Assembly (NCBI GenBank): GCA_036785375.1 | Contig: JAWMAR010000028.1 | Location: 10,106,001-10,170,000 of the forward strand | Length of the DNA stretch: 64,000 bases | Direction: 5' to 3' | DNA from: Leucoraja ocellata | Lineage: Eukaryota | Part shown: positions 48,080 to 61,235 of the stretch, piece by piece | Layout of the letters: each line of letters opens with the position of its first letter | Position numbering within the stretch: the stretch's first letter is position 1 | The notes under the pieces: generated by a model | What the model was told of the DNA's origin: nothing | The model's database searches: none | The model's input: only the letters and a program-made list of their open reading frames with translations | Made by a program: the position numbers and the translations under genes

Positions 48080-49500
48080 TGAAAAGTAGGGGAAAGACTT
48101 GGGAAGAGTTCCTGGTCCAGACTCTTAGCATTCTCTTCTGGAGATCCACAACAGATGTTGGCTTAAGTTTAGAAAACAGTGAGATTATGGATATCGCCAT
48201 TAAATACATCCAAACTCAACATCCAGCCTCACTGTTGCTGGTTGGATATTTGGTGCTAGAAAAGGAATGGGAGGCTAACTTGTCAATTATTTAATCATGT
48301 TGTAGAAACGAATTCATACCTTTAGTAGAAAAAGGAAATCAAGCTAAGAATTAAGAAAAGTTAATTAAGGGTCTATTATTCAAGGGACACCATTTAATTT
48401 AGCTGCATATGTTATTTAAGACAGGAGGGTAATAATTAAGTAATTTTAAGATGGCTATCTTATGTTTGGCAGTTAGGAAACTATTAACATCTATTCTAAA
48501 AGGAGAGTAATGTGCTTTCATTTAGAAATAGATTAATCATTAAAATCTATTCAAGGAAAAATAATGTGCTTTAATTTAGAAAGAGACGAATTAATCATGC
48601 ATTTAACAGAAGTCTCATGTTGACTAACTTAATTGAATTTTTCAACGAGTTAACAAGAAGGGTTTGATGTGTTCCACATAGATTTTAGCAAAGATTTTGA
48701 TTAGATTCCAGTAGCAGCTTAGTCATAAAAGTGAAACCTTTTCTTTGTTCGCTGAGCTAGAGATTATACGAGTAGGGATGCTACTCTGGAATTATATGTG
48801 ACTTTACTGAGACAAGAGATTAAGTGCAGTGGCGCTGGTTGTATTACGGATAAGATGCAATTGTTTTCAAGAGAGATCAAAGAAAATTTAAGAGGACGTT
48901 GCAAATATTGAAAAATTGTAGCTATGAGGAACGATTTCAGAGGTTAGGGTTGCGTTCGTTGAAAGATAAAGCTTAAGAAATACACAATTTGGGTATAAAA
49001 AGTTGCAAAGTGCCCAGAAAATGTAGAGCCGTAGTTAAACAGCACGGAAACAGGCCCTTTGGCCCACCTTGCCCGTGACAATCAAGCTGGCACACTGGGT
49101 TAGTCCATTTTTTTGGCATTAGGACCAATTCTTGTATCGGGGCAAGCATGTTCCTGTCAGGGTGAAGTGAAAGGCAGGCAAGTTTAAGGAACCCTCAAAA
49201 GAGATGTTGAAGCTCTGACCAGGAAAAAGGAGACATACATCGTATTTGATTACCATGAATAGGAAGGATCTACTTTTCTTAGTAGCAGAGTTCAAATCTA
49301 GGCCTCTTAGGTTTTGTTTTTAAGTACTTGGTAAAAGCTAAGAGGGGAGAGGAAGAAAATTCTGTCACTCATTACTTTCAGAGTGTAGTTGAAGAGTCAT
49401 GGACCTGCGGGCTCCAGCTCAAGTGCGAAAAGAAAGCATTAGGTCGAATATAGTTTTTGTCTGACATGGGCCGAAAGGCCTTCTTCTGCATCACAAATCA
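48080..49500 (+). mobile_element. Ancient, heavily decayed CR1 ORF2 remnant with small inserts
   Basis: Residual motifs tcatgttgactaacttaattgaatttttc, gattttagcaaag and tgggccgaaaggcct. Confidence 0.5.
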
Positions 49501-52022
49501 TTAAAGTGTTAATAATTAATTCAAATTAGTGAAAAATCACTTGTTTTCTGAACTGTCCACAAAAAAATGAAACATCACACAAAAATATTAACTTCACAGA
49601 TCAACCTTCAGAATGTAGGGACTTTTCACTACTGCTCACTGAGCAGCCAAACTCATAATATTTTGCTTGCCAGTGATCAAAGGTAATTTCTTAAATTAGA
49701 ATAGATTTGTCTGGTCTTCCTCATTTCATCCATTCTCCAAATATAAACAAAAAAGTTATAACATCGATCAAAAAAGAATCCATTTAACTTGTCTATGCTG
49801 GCTTATTTCTTTCTTGCAAGTAACAGCACACATACGTTAAATGGTTACAGTTCTAGACCCAAAAAGGTGCAAAACTAGAAAGCAAAATACTGCAAATGTT
49901 GGAAAAATGAAATCAAAATGGAAAATACAGAAATATTCAGCAAGCCTGGCAACACAGGTAGAGAAAGAAACTGCTAATGTTTCAGGTCAATGCCGTTTTA
50001 GAAGAGAGAAGGAATATCTGAGATGGGTTGGAGACAAAAGAGATATCAACTGATAGAAATTGTGGACTAGTGCGAGATAAGCTGGTGAATCCTTGCTAAT
50101 TGCAGCAGATCTAGCAGGGGGTGGTATGAACGGAGAGGGGAAGGGGAACAATGCAAGGACTGAAAGATATAGATTTCTTTAGCAAGTGTCTGAGTTGCTT
50201 TGAACCAACATAAAAAAAAGCATGTGAATTAAGTGGTAATAATACATGACACATTTACATTTCTATATATTGTAGTGCATATTTAAATCGCACAAAGAAC
50301 TTTAGGGAAAAAGAGTGATCAGGATCTTGGTAATTAGAAATGATTGACTGGAAGTATACACATTTCAACTCCTCTAGGTCACGATGAATACATAGCAAAG
50401 TGCTTTATAAATAGCACTTTAAAATGTTATTCAACGCCATATTAGCAAGTAGAATTTTGTTTCAGTGAAAAACATCTACTGCTCAAAATGATAAAACGAA
50501 TTACCAAGCAATTGGTTTTATACCTTAAGGAGATCATTGCACTCATAAAGACTTCAGTACATTTACAAAATGCATTTCTTTTTTCAGGATTAAAAATTAA
50601 TGAGGATGTAAAAAACATAATGCAAACAAGAACAAATAACATCTACAAGACTTTCCCGCAGTTAACTACTGTTTATAGTTTGATCTGGAGTAATGTATTA
50701 ACCTTGGGAACAGTTTTCCACAGATGGACAGTATCAAGAATTGATAAACTGGCCACCCTACCTTCTAGGTTTCAAGATAATGAATGATCAGACACCTCAT
50801 GTCTATCCACCTATTACTTGCCAGACCTTGTCTGGTCTCTTCCACCTTTCATTCCCCCCCCACTACAAACATGAATTGATAAACTGACCACCCAACCTTC
50901 TATGTTACAGGATAATAACATGGAAGGCAGTGTGGAAAGTGATTGGCATATCAAAGCATTCCAGCAGACTGAAGGAGTTAAACCAAGATTTGAGTACTAT
51001 TATACAAGTGACAGTGAGCCAGTTTTCTGGACTGCATGTCGCATTGTTTTTGATTGGAAATTCATCTGCCGGTGACAGCTAAACATGGTGAATTGACAAT
51101 TTAATGGAAGAGAAATCCCCCCCCCCCCTCCTAATGTGGGTCTCCGTAATGCTATTTGCATATGGTTAGCACAGTTACACGGTCATGCTAGATCATCAGT
51201 CCGTAAAGTAAATTATGTAATGCAGGTTTTGGGGCAGGACATACACACAAACATCACACAAAGTTATTTAAGTAGAACTAAGAGGAGGGCTCACATTACC
51301 TACTGTAAAAAAAGACACAATTGCTAGAGTAATTCAGCGGACTAGGCAGTGCTTCTAGAGAACATAGAGAGGTTGAGTTGAAATCCATCAGGTCAGAAAC
51401 GTTGCCTATCAATGTTCTCCAGAGATGCCACCTGTTACTTCAGTACTTTGTGCCGGTATTGGCAAACCAACACCTGCAGTTTCTTATATCTACACTGTCT
51501 GCTGGTACTTTTTTTAAGGGGTTAAATATAATTTAATGTATCTTAAAATTATTCTATTTTGTTAAAGCCTAGATCTGAAAAAAATCCATGAAAAAGTCAA
51601 ATGCCATAAGCAGAGCAGAATATAAAGTCTGGGAGGTCAGAAGATTAATTCTTAATTCAAACCACCCTAAATCTTGAGTCATATCATCTGTGGAGCATCA
51701 GTCCTTTACTGACACAGATTTGAATGGATTTCAGGAGACTGCTTCACACCTACGTGCAAGGTGGCTTGACATAAAGTTTTAATCAAGTAATTGACTTCAA
51801 TGGCATATCAGCAGAGCACAATTCTGCTGTAGTCACACGGCAATTATGATTTAAAAAAATTAAAATTCTGATAAATTAGCAAATTTTGTGTAAATTAAAA
51901 TTCAAAGCGAAGAGCACTATTTTAGCTACTCCACACACAAGATGCCATTTTACCTCAATAAATGGAAAAACAATAAAAACCTTTTATGACAGCTTGTAAA
52001 GCACAAATGCATGTAAACTTAC

Positions 52023-52344
52023 GGGATGCGAGCGACTTAGGTATCGCATGGTGCCAGGACTGAGGCCACCGTAGGTGGTTCTACAGATGTAATCATCCTT
52101 CGGACGGGAACAAGGATTGATGGGGACAATGCAGGAAGTACCACTGTAGGATTTGCTGCAGTAGTTGTTGTTATTCAGTTCTTGGTACAATCTCGCAGGA
52201 ATCTGCGAGTTGTTATACGGCTGGTTGGTGGAATAACCAGCTGCAAAACTTGGCCTAGGAGTTGATGTCATGAAGTTGTCAGGTTCATCAGGGGCAGCAT
52301 ACAGATTCCCTAGTGAACTGCCTAGCCTGGAGTTTATGGAGACG
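52023..52344 (-). CDS. CDC14A: CDC14A penultimate exon
   Basis: cccatttag| ... |gtaagt; VSINSRLGSSLGNLYAAPDEP...YQELNNN...YGGLSPGTMRYLSRSHP versus human [21 protein letters not shown]...YPELNNN...RFLSRSIP. Confidence 0.92.
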
Positions 52345-52831
52345 CTAAATGGGAAACAGACAATGGGGAAACAGGACATAATGCACATGGAAAACAATTA
52401 AGATGAAACAAAAAAAAGCATTCACATGAAAAATTTATCAAAAATATACTTCAAATGCTAAAACATGGTGTAAAATTATTCAACATTTTAAACTCACAGC
52501 TGTAATCAAATTCAATAACTTTGTGACAAACATTTTTAGCTGTTAAATCTTACCATTTCAAATGTCACATTATGACAAACATACTAGATGTTCTAGAAGG
52601 AAGACAATGACAGCCATTCACGTATTAACAAAGATCCATCTCCCAGCAAGAAATGGTGCAACTTGCATTGCAACCCAAGAGAAAAATAAATGTTTAGAAA
52701 TTTAAAATACCATGCTCTAAAGATGATTATTTTTTGGAATTTTTGCTTAATGCTTACCAAAAAGAATAATTCACCTATTTAGTAGAACAACAAACTATGA
52801 GGTAATGAACACTTCAAATTCTGCATTTTTG

Positions 52832-54130
52832 TTTAGAGATACAGCGGGGAAACAGGCCCTTCAGCCCACCGAGTCCACGCCAACCAACGATCCCCTACAC
52901 CAATGTTTCTCAACCCTTTTACCCTTGCGGAACCCTTGAAATAATTTTCATGTCTCATGGGTCCCCTGAGTTTGGGGTTGACGGGCCTGCCGCCATTTTG
53001 ACTCGCTTCACAACGGCAATCTCTGGCGTCACAACAGAGACCCATCAGCCGTGCCTGCGCAGTTGGGGGAGGATTGCGGGGCCGGGATCGCCATATCAAC
53101 ATCCAGCATTGTGTATAGGTGAGGGTGAATATTGCATATAGGTGAGTGGGAATATTGCGTTGGGAGGGGGACCCAACGGGTCCACACTTGATCTAGTTCA
53201 GGGGTGTCAAACTCATTTTAGGTCACGGGACGGATTAGGCAAAATGCAACTTCATGCGGGCTGGATCAGTTGTGCACGCGCGAACTCACGCTCCCTCAGC
53301 TTTAGTTGCCTTCGTTTTTTCAACCTCCTCTCATGTTCCATAACTACAAAGTGTTTCACTTTTACGAGTTCTTATAAAGAAGATTGCCTAGCAAACATTA
53401 CTTACAAGAAAGTTGTGATGAGAGAGAGAAAAAGCGATGCTATTTTGGCTAAGATTGTTTTGGGAGCCACACCCTTTCCATTAATAAACCATTTGAAATC
53501 GAACATTAGCACACAAGTGTCGACCTAACGAAACAAATTGTTAGCGCTGGCATCCAAGAGAGACTCCGGGTTGTGGCCTCACCCAGTCAGTGCGGGTTTC
53601 TGGGACGATCGGGAGACAGGGAAAGGCCTAGAACAGAAATGCTTTGCGGTCGGCTGAGCTCTCCCCTGCCATGCTGCTCCACACGGTGTAAAGAGAAAAG
53701 TATCCATCATGCAAGCCCGCATCGCTACAATGTTGTTTTTGTTTCCTCATAGCGTTTGAACCCAGCACCCAGCCGCTCCGCACTGCGCAGCCTAACTCCA
53801 CTCAGCGCCCACCCCCTCCCTCATTGGCCACAGCTGACTGCCCAGAGGGTGGTACCTTCTCCTATAGGGAGACAAACAAAGCATTACTTACAAGAAAGTT
53901 GTGATGAGAGAGAGAAAAAACGATGCTATTTTGGCTAAGATTGTTTTGGGAGCCACACCCGAACAGCCCGTTTGTCTGGCTCTTGCCGCGGGCGGAACCC
54001 CCCCCCCCAATGGAGCACCCAGAAAAATCCCACACGGCCACAGAGAGAATGAAGTCTATACAGACAGCACCTAGTCAGGATCGAACCTGGGTCTCTAGCA
54101 CAAGGCAGCAACTTCACCACTGCGCCGCCT
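52832..54130. mobile_element. Composite nest: minus-strand HE1 SINE (52832-52900 and 54010-54130) containing hAT-MITE ends and a Helitron 3' end
   Basis: CAATGTTTCTCAACC at 52901; hairpin GGACCC-AAC-GGGTCC (53169-53183) plus CTAG (53193-53196); CAGGGGTGTCAAACTC at 53199. Confidence 0.6.
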
Positions 54131-54559
54131 CAATGCACCACACTGGAAAACCAAGGCTATAATATGTTGTTCAAATTCTATTGACTACTCAATTCTCGAC
54201 TATTCAAGAACACCAAAATCAGGTTAACTAGAACATGGCACTACTAATAGAAATGTTAATAAACTTAATAACAAACAGAAGGAAATAAATTGAGATCTTC
54301 GAGGGCCTGTTAGGTTACATTAATTGCTTGGCATTTATCAGCACTTTCTAAAAACGATTAAGTTAAACATCTAAGCCTTCCAAAAATAAGCCTTGCAATA
54401 GATTAAAATACAGAACGTTATCCATGATAGATTCAATAAACATGATTCATGAAGAATTTTCAGAAGCAGTTTCATTATGAAGGAAAAACTGAACCACTTC
54501 CAAAGTTTTGTATATTAATTCTGAGCGTTTACATACATTTTCAATAAACATATTTATGC

Positions 54560-55340
54560 AGTCAAAAGAGAGACTGTAAATAAAAATCAGGCCACTGAAG
54601 GTCTTGGTAGAGACAGGGGCCATCTATCAATCTTTTTAATTAATTTAGACAATTCCTCTGTCCTTGGATAAGAACAGTCACCACCGGGTGCCGCCAGCAG
54701 TCTGTGTGTGTGTGGGGGGGGGGGGGGGAGAGAGAAGGGGGGAGTTGGGGGAAACTTTCTAATCTCATACTTCGACGGAGATGCGATTTTTTTTCCGTAT
54801 CGTAACTCCGTCCGCACTGCGGCTTAACATAGAGGAGTTGGCGGCCTTTGCTGGAGACCGATTTCGAGAGCTCCACCGCGGGTGCCTGTGGACTTTAACA
54901 TCATGGAGCCCGCAATCCGTTTGCTAAGGATCGACCTCTGAGCACCACCACGGGAGTCTGCGGGACTTTAACTTCATGGAGCTCGCGGATTCTGGTCGGA
55001 AACAGACTTTGTGAACTCCAAGCTGCAGGAGTTTCGACCGCCACGACGCAGGAACTTCGATCGCCCCGACGCGGAGGCTTCAACCTCTGGTTGCGGGACC
55101 ATCGATCATCGAGATTGTAGATGGTTTGACTGCCCCAACAATGGGGGAATATAAGAGGAAAAAGATTGGACTTTATTGCCTCCCATCATAGTGTGGAACG
55201 TGGGGAATCCGCTGTGGTGGATGTTTATGTCAACTTTGATGTAGTTGTGTGTCTGGTTGGGTTTTTTTTTTAGTTTGGCTGTATGGTAATTTGAATTTCA
55301 CTGTACCTTAATTGGTACATGTGACAATAAACTAACCTTG
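54560..55340 (+). mobile_element. GC-rich non-autonomous retroposon with Rex1/Babar-type tail
   Basis: Internal repeats gactttaac(a/t)tcatggagc; tail tttcactgtaccttaattggtacatgtgacaataaac. Confidence 0.5.
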
Positions 55341-55954
55341 AGAAAGCAGTGTTTCAGTCACTAAAAAAAGCCACTATGTTCTTTTGAATGGGTAAATTTG
55401 CCACAATACCCTCTAACAATTCTTAATACAAATACATGTATCATACTTCACTTACTTAAAAATAAATCCAACTACTCTTGGTAGTTCAGCCAATGTAGCC
55501 AAACTCAATGTGAGCCTTGATAAGGGTCATCAATATGCCATTTGGTCCCTTGTAGCGCAACTGATCCGGTATCATTTGAGACATTTGATAGAAACAAAGC
55601 AAGATTTTCTGGCTTCCCAAATCTTTACTTCACTACCCTTTCAGGTCTGAGAAACTCGGGCAATAAACAGCATCCATCGTTATAACAACCGAGTCGGTTA
55701 TATAAAATAAAACAGCAATTTAATAAGAACTTCTTCTGCAATTTAGTCTACTCTTTGTTGTTTGAATAATTCAATGGTATACTGTATTCCATGTTAATAA
55801 AAAGCAGGTAAATTTTTTAAAAGTCAAATTATATGCCAAGTAAATTTACCCATGTTTTGATGAGGGAACAACAATAATGTCTTTAGTTTGTGTGCTTATG
55901 TCATTAAATTAAGATTTTTCAGACATTATCTTATTAAAAATAAAAGTGCTTCAC

Positions 55955-56080
55955 CTTTTGTTATTACTGTTTAAGGGCGAAGGGCTTCTGTTAATTCTCC
56001 TCGGACTTGCAGAAGCAATTGAGATCTTTGATGATTTCAGAGGTGACATTGATCCTTGCCCAGTACTTAAATAATTGATC
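55955..56080 (-). CDS. CDC14A: CDC14A internal exon (126 bp)
   Basis: ttttaacag|G ATC...AAA AG|gtgaag; INYLSTGQGSMSPLKSSKISIASASPRRINRSPSPLNSNNK versus human [32 protein letters not shown]; phases match both neighbours. Confidence 0.85.
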
Positions 56081-56699
56081 CTGTTAAAATAGTGCCGCAC
56101 AATTAAACTTGCTTAAATTACAATAATAGATCATAAACAAAAATATTTTCCATGTGAATCATTGCATTTGTTTTCTAAATCTGACCTCCGTTCACAATTA
56201 TTGAAGTCAAGGAGCCACAACAAGAAAACACAATAAAAGTTATTTTATTAGTTGTGGTAATTAATGTGCAATATGTAAATCAATTAATTGTAATGAATTA
56301 GAATTCTCTAAATTAATTTCACCTTGAGTCAATAGGATTTTTAGATTACGGTGAGCCAATAATTTGCATGTTTAGAAATAAACTTAAATAATCAGACCAA
56401 TTATCCCACAGTTGTTTGTGGAGCTTAATCTGATATTGGTTTACTATTGTCATGAGTACCGTGAGATACAGTGAAAACTTTGTTTTGAGTGGTGTCCAGG
56501 CAAATCATTCCGTACAATAAAACCCTACATGAGAGTAACAGGCAGTGCAAAAAAAGGAAGAAAACTGAGTGCAGTACAGCTGCAGAGAAATTGCAGATAA
56601 ACAAAAAATTCAAGGGCCGCAACAAGGTAGATCGGAAGATTGCGAATGCATTCGTAGTTTATGAGAGGTCCATCCAAGAGTCTGATAACAGTAGGGAAG

Positions 56700-57381
56700 G
56701 TAGATAAAAATCCTGGAGAAACTCAGCGGGTGAGGCAGCATCTATGGAGCGAAGGAAAAGGTGACGTTTCCGGTCGAGACCCTTCTTCAGACTGATGTGG
56801 GGGTGGGTGAGGGTGGGAAGAAGAAAGGAAGAGGCGGGGACAGTGGGCTGTGGGAGAGCTAGGAAGGGGAGGGGAAAGAGGGAGAAAAGCAAGGACTACC
56901 TGAAATTGGAGGTCAATGTTCATACCGCTGGGGTGTAAACTACCCAAGCAAAATATGAGGTGCTGCTCCTCATAATTTGCGGTGAGACTCACTCTGGCCA
57001 TTGAGGCCCAGGACAGAAAGGTCGGATTCGGAATGGGGGGAGTTGAAGTGCTGAGCCACCAAGAGATCAGGTTGGTTATTGCGAACTGAGTGAAGGAATT
57101 GGGCGAACCGATGTAGAGCAGCTGACACCTAGAGCAGTGGATGCAATAGATGAGGTTGGAGGAGGTGCAGGTGAACCTCTGTCGCACCCACCCAACTCTC
57201 CCACAGCCCACTGTCTCCGCATCTTCCTTTCTTCTTCCGATCCCCACATCAGTCTGAAGAAGGGTCTCAACCCAAAACATCACCTTTTCCTTTGCTCCAT
57301 AGATGCTGCCTCATCCGCTGAGTTTCTCCAGCATTTTTATCTACCTTCAATTTTTCCAGCATCTGCAGTTTCTTCTTAAAC
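56700..57381. mobile_element. Penelope insertion with inverted arms and 16-bp TSD, inside a minus-strand Rex1 fragment
   Basis: Minus arm to ~57180 (RFTCTSSNLIYCIHCSRCQLLYIG), plus arm 57185-57381; GATAACAGTAGGGAAG duplicated at 56684-56699 and 57382-57397; hammerhead-like motifs at 56762-56790(-) and 57254-57282(+). Confidence 0.8.
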
Positions 57382-60188
57382 GATAACAGTAGGGAAGTTG
57401 TTTTTGAATCTGATGATACATGCTTTTGGCTTTTGTATCGTCTGGTTGTCACGTTTCCAGTATTACAACGATGACCACACTTCTGAAATTTACATTGCCT
57501 ATGAAACATTTTGAGGCATTCTTTAAGTCATGAAAAGCATTGTATGAGACTCGGGAAGTTTTCCTCTTTCGAATGACATAACTGAACTGGTCAAAGCAGT
57601 CTGCAATAAACATTATGGTGGATTTCTTCTCATGTCATACAATTTCCTGAACAACAGATGAGGGTAAGAAATTATCACATTCTCAGGAGGCCTGCCAGTG
57701 TCCTAGATATTCTGATTTAACAGAAAATAAAAGCAGACAAGTAGCAAATCCTCATTGAATCATGGTATAAAAGAACAACATGGAGTGCAGGAAATTAATT
57801 ATTCCAAGTTTAGTTTAGTTTAAAGATACAGCGTGGAAACTGGCCCTTTTGGCCTACCAAGTCCGCGGAGCAACGATCACCCATACACTAGTTTACATCC
57901 CTACCACTATAGGGATGAAGATAAGGAGGAAGAGAAAACAAACTTTTTTGGATTTACCTACACAGTCCCTAGTTAAAAGCAAAACAAATTTGAAAATTCC
58001 AGCACTCAAGTCTTGTTACAAATGAAAACATGCAGACACATTTTGTTTTGAATTATCACATAAAATCAAAAAATACTGCTTGCTAGACATGGGGGGAAAA
58101 AAATCTGATTTTCAGAACATATTGGCACATAAGATTTTGACGTGGTGAGATGTTCGAGAGATACAGCAAAACATTCACACTAGCATAACCAAAAAAAAAA
58201 AGATGGGCATACTCCAATTGGGCAAGTAAGATGAGAAAACCCACAATCAAACAGTCACTGAGCTGGCTAGGTTCAGTACAACTATGGTGAGAATAGGTCT
58301 CAGGAGGGCTTAACGTTTAAAATGAGAACTGTGGAATTAAAATGGCAGGAAACTGAAAGCATGTGAAGGATAGGAAAGAATATGGTTTTTGGTTGAAGAA
58401 TAAAAAGGGAGAATTGGCATTGAATAGAAATCAAGGCAGCTATTAGAATAGTTGAGTCTAAAGATTACATACAAGGATTTCAGTGGTAAAGGAGCTACAA
58501 ATCAACAATGCCTAGGCTCTGTTCAAGATTATATCGAGATAACATGGTTTGGGCCACGATGACCAGAGAAAGATGGAATCACTGGTAAGGAGGAAGATTC
58601 TGCAAGGGGAAATCAATAGCAGGAAATGTGAACTTGTATTCTGATGTTGATATCCCACTCTGCAACATTTCCTTGGGCGGCAATCTAAGACTTTTTTTTG
58701 CATGATGGTGACAAATCTGTATGCTCTAGCTTGTCAATATCAACCAGAAATGGAGAGAATGATAGGTCTGTGAGAGTTCATAAGTGTCAGGCCAAGAAAC
58801 AGAAGTTATTATTGAGGATATCCAGATCAAAATAGAATCAAACCAGTACAAATCTGCTGAGAAGGATGAAGGGCAGTGCAATCAATAACAGATTCCAACA
58901 AACAGGTGAAAGAAACACACGTTTCTGAGCATCATGTATTTTTACAGTAAGACTAGCGTCACGTGGACTTCTTTTGGAAAACTAACCATTTCAGGTTTTG
59001 TAAGGCCACCCGTTGCTGTCACCATATACAGAATCTTTTCGTGGGCAGGTTTTCCTAACTACCTAGGTACAATTATGTAAAATCAAGGCTTTTGACAAAT
59101 CAAAATAGTTTGATATTTTTAAAATGTAGAGGTTATATTAAATAAATCATATCAAAATCTACATAGGATGATTGAACCACATACTTTATTACCAGCAAGA
59201 AAGTCAAGTAGTGACAATTATAGGTGAACAATAATAATCTGCAGAATCAAGAAACCGATAACCTGCAGAATCAAGTAGTAATTTCCAATTAAACAACACT
59301 TTTCATAGTGAACTCTAGTTAAAAATTTAGCCAGATTCTTTGACATGTTAAGCGAGGCTGTGATCGTCAAAATGAGAGCTCATATCCATTCTTTTGGTAT
59401 CCCCTTAATTTGCCTTCATTGGTCTAACTCCCACTCTCTATGAGCCTAATCTATGCCCTGATCTTGCACTTGCATATGTTTTTCATCTATAGTGGCTCCC
59501 AGCTCACCAACACCTTGATCTCATTACGTTTTGACTTTCCTCTAACTTTCTTTGAAATAAATTCTAAGTCGAGCATTTTAGGCCTCTTTCTTTGTGCTTC
59601 TCCATTGGCAGCCATACCTCCACAAAGAAAAACCGAGATACCTTGTTTCTCAAAAAGCGGAGCTACTCCAGTATTTTGTGCCTATTTGAGATATTTAGGC
59701 TGGAAATTGCAGTGTTTAGGCCTTGAATAACTGAAGGCCCTTCCCCATAAAGCTGTATCTTCAACCAAGCATCATTCCTTTAACTCAATATTCTTGTAAC
59801 CCCTTTTTAAAAAAACAAGATGCAGTGACTCAGTCAGGATTAGATTTTCATCCTTGTGTTATTTACAGCAGAAAGGATTGAAATTACCTCTAAATTAAGA
59901 TCTGATATCATACCATATGGAAACTGCATCAAGGTTTGGTTGGCAGACTTGAAACAGGTGTTTACTTTTCCTAAAATGTAACTTGCAAATATTGCAAAAA
60001 AGTAAAAAAGGTATACTTCTATAAATAGTATAATCACTACAATTCAACTACCATAGGTGTGCAATGAATCCATTTTTAAGGGGATTTGAAATGTGCAGTT
60101 TTGTTCAAAACTAGCTCAATTTCATCTTTATCTGTTCAGTAATTATTTAATAATGTACTTAAGCCTGAAATACAATAAATACAGTTAC

Positions 60189-60236
60189 CTGAAGGGTTGC
60201 GATGGCGATCTTGAATGAATTTTCATATCTTCTAAC
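60189..60236 (-). CDS. CDC14A: CDC14A internal exon (48 bp); upstream exons lie beyond the window
   Basis: ttattttaaag|G TTA GAA...TTC AG|gtaact; LEDMKIHSRSPSQPFR versus human SDDTKGHPRAVSQPFR. Confidence 0.85.
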
Positions 60237-60754
60237 CTTTAAAATAACAAACCATACTATAATTAATTCTTATAAATAGCCATCGTTCATTTATATTTTA
60301 ATCCATGTTTGGAATACTGAACATGCATAAAGCCTCATCCATGTAAAGATGACATTGCTTTGTTCCACTTTTATTTTTTGCAGGCAGGAAATGAAAACAG
60401 CAGATCATTTGTCTCTTCAAAATCCTTAACTACATTAGTGTAATCATCTTTCAAAATATACTGAAAGACTTCTTTGATCCCTGTAATTCGTACTGCATTC
60501 ACCTTTGAAGAAACATTAACAAATAGGATAATGATAAAGAATGACATCATTCTTTCCATTTAATTGAACTGCACTATGCAAATTGCAACTTGATTATTTC
60601 TAAAACTAAAGTGCGACCCTACATGAGGAAGATGAAAGACCAGACATTGGTGAACTAATGTTTGCCTTTTTTTTAAATAAACTAACAGTTTATTTTTGTG
60701 CAGTAGCTGCATTTTTTTAATTAAAAAAAAAAAACAATGACCAAAGACTTGGTG

Positions 60755-61235
60755 GATTGGATTCAAAATAGGCTTGGACATATAAGACAGAGTGTCGTAG
60801 TGGGGAGATGTTATTCTGACTGGAGGTCAGTAACTAATGTTCTGCAGAGATCAGTGCTCCGACCCGTTTGTGGATGAAAACATAGGTGGGCTGATTTGCA
60901 GATGATGCAAACATTGGCAGAGATGCAGATTGTGAGGAAGGCTGTCAAAGGATTCAGCAGGGTGTAGATCAAAGAGAAAAATAGGCAGATAAATGGCAGA
61001 TGGAGTTTTATCCAGTCAACTGTGAGCACTTTGGAAGGTCAAATACATGAGGAAAGTATACAATTAATGGCAGGGACCTCAGGAGCATTGATGTAGAGAT
61101 GGATCTTGCAGTGCAAGTCCATAGCTCCTAGAAAGTGGCAACACAAGTACACAGGTGCAAAGGAGGTTTGCCTTCATCAGTCTAAGCACCGAGTACAAAC
61201 GTCATGAAATCTTATTGCAGCCGTACAAAACTATA
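60755..61235 (+). mobile_element. Degenerate CR1 RT fragment
   Basis: tttgcagatgat (FADD) and aaatggcagatggagttt (KWQMEF) motifs. Confidence 0.7.

Noticed and set aside
47261-50920. Small direct repeats (16 bp at 47261/47284; ~21 bp at 47979/48011; ~45 bp at 50738/50874)
   Set aside because: Ordinary slippage or repair duplications with no further structure.
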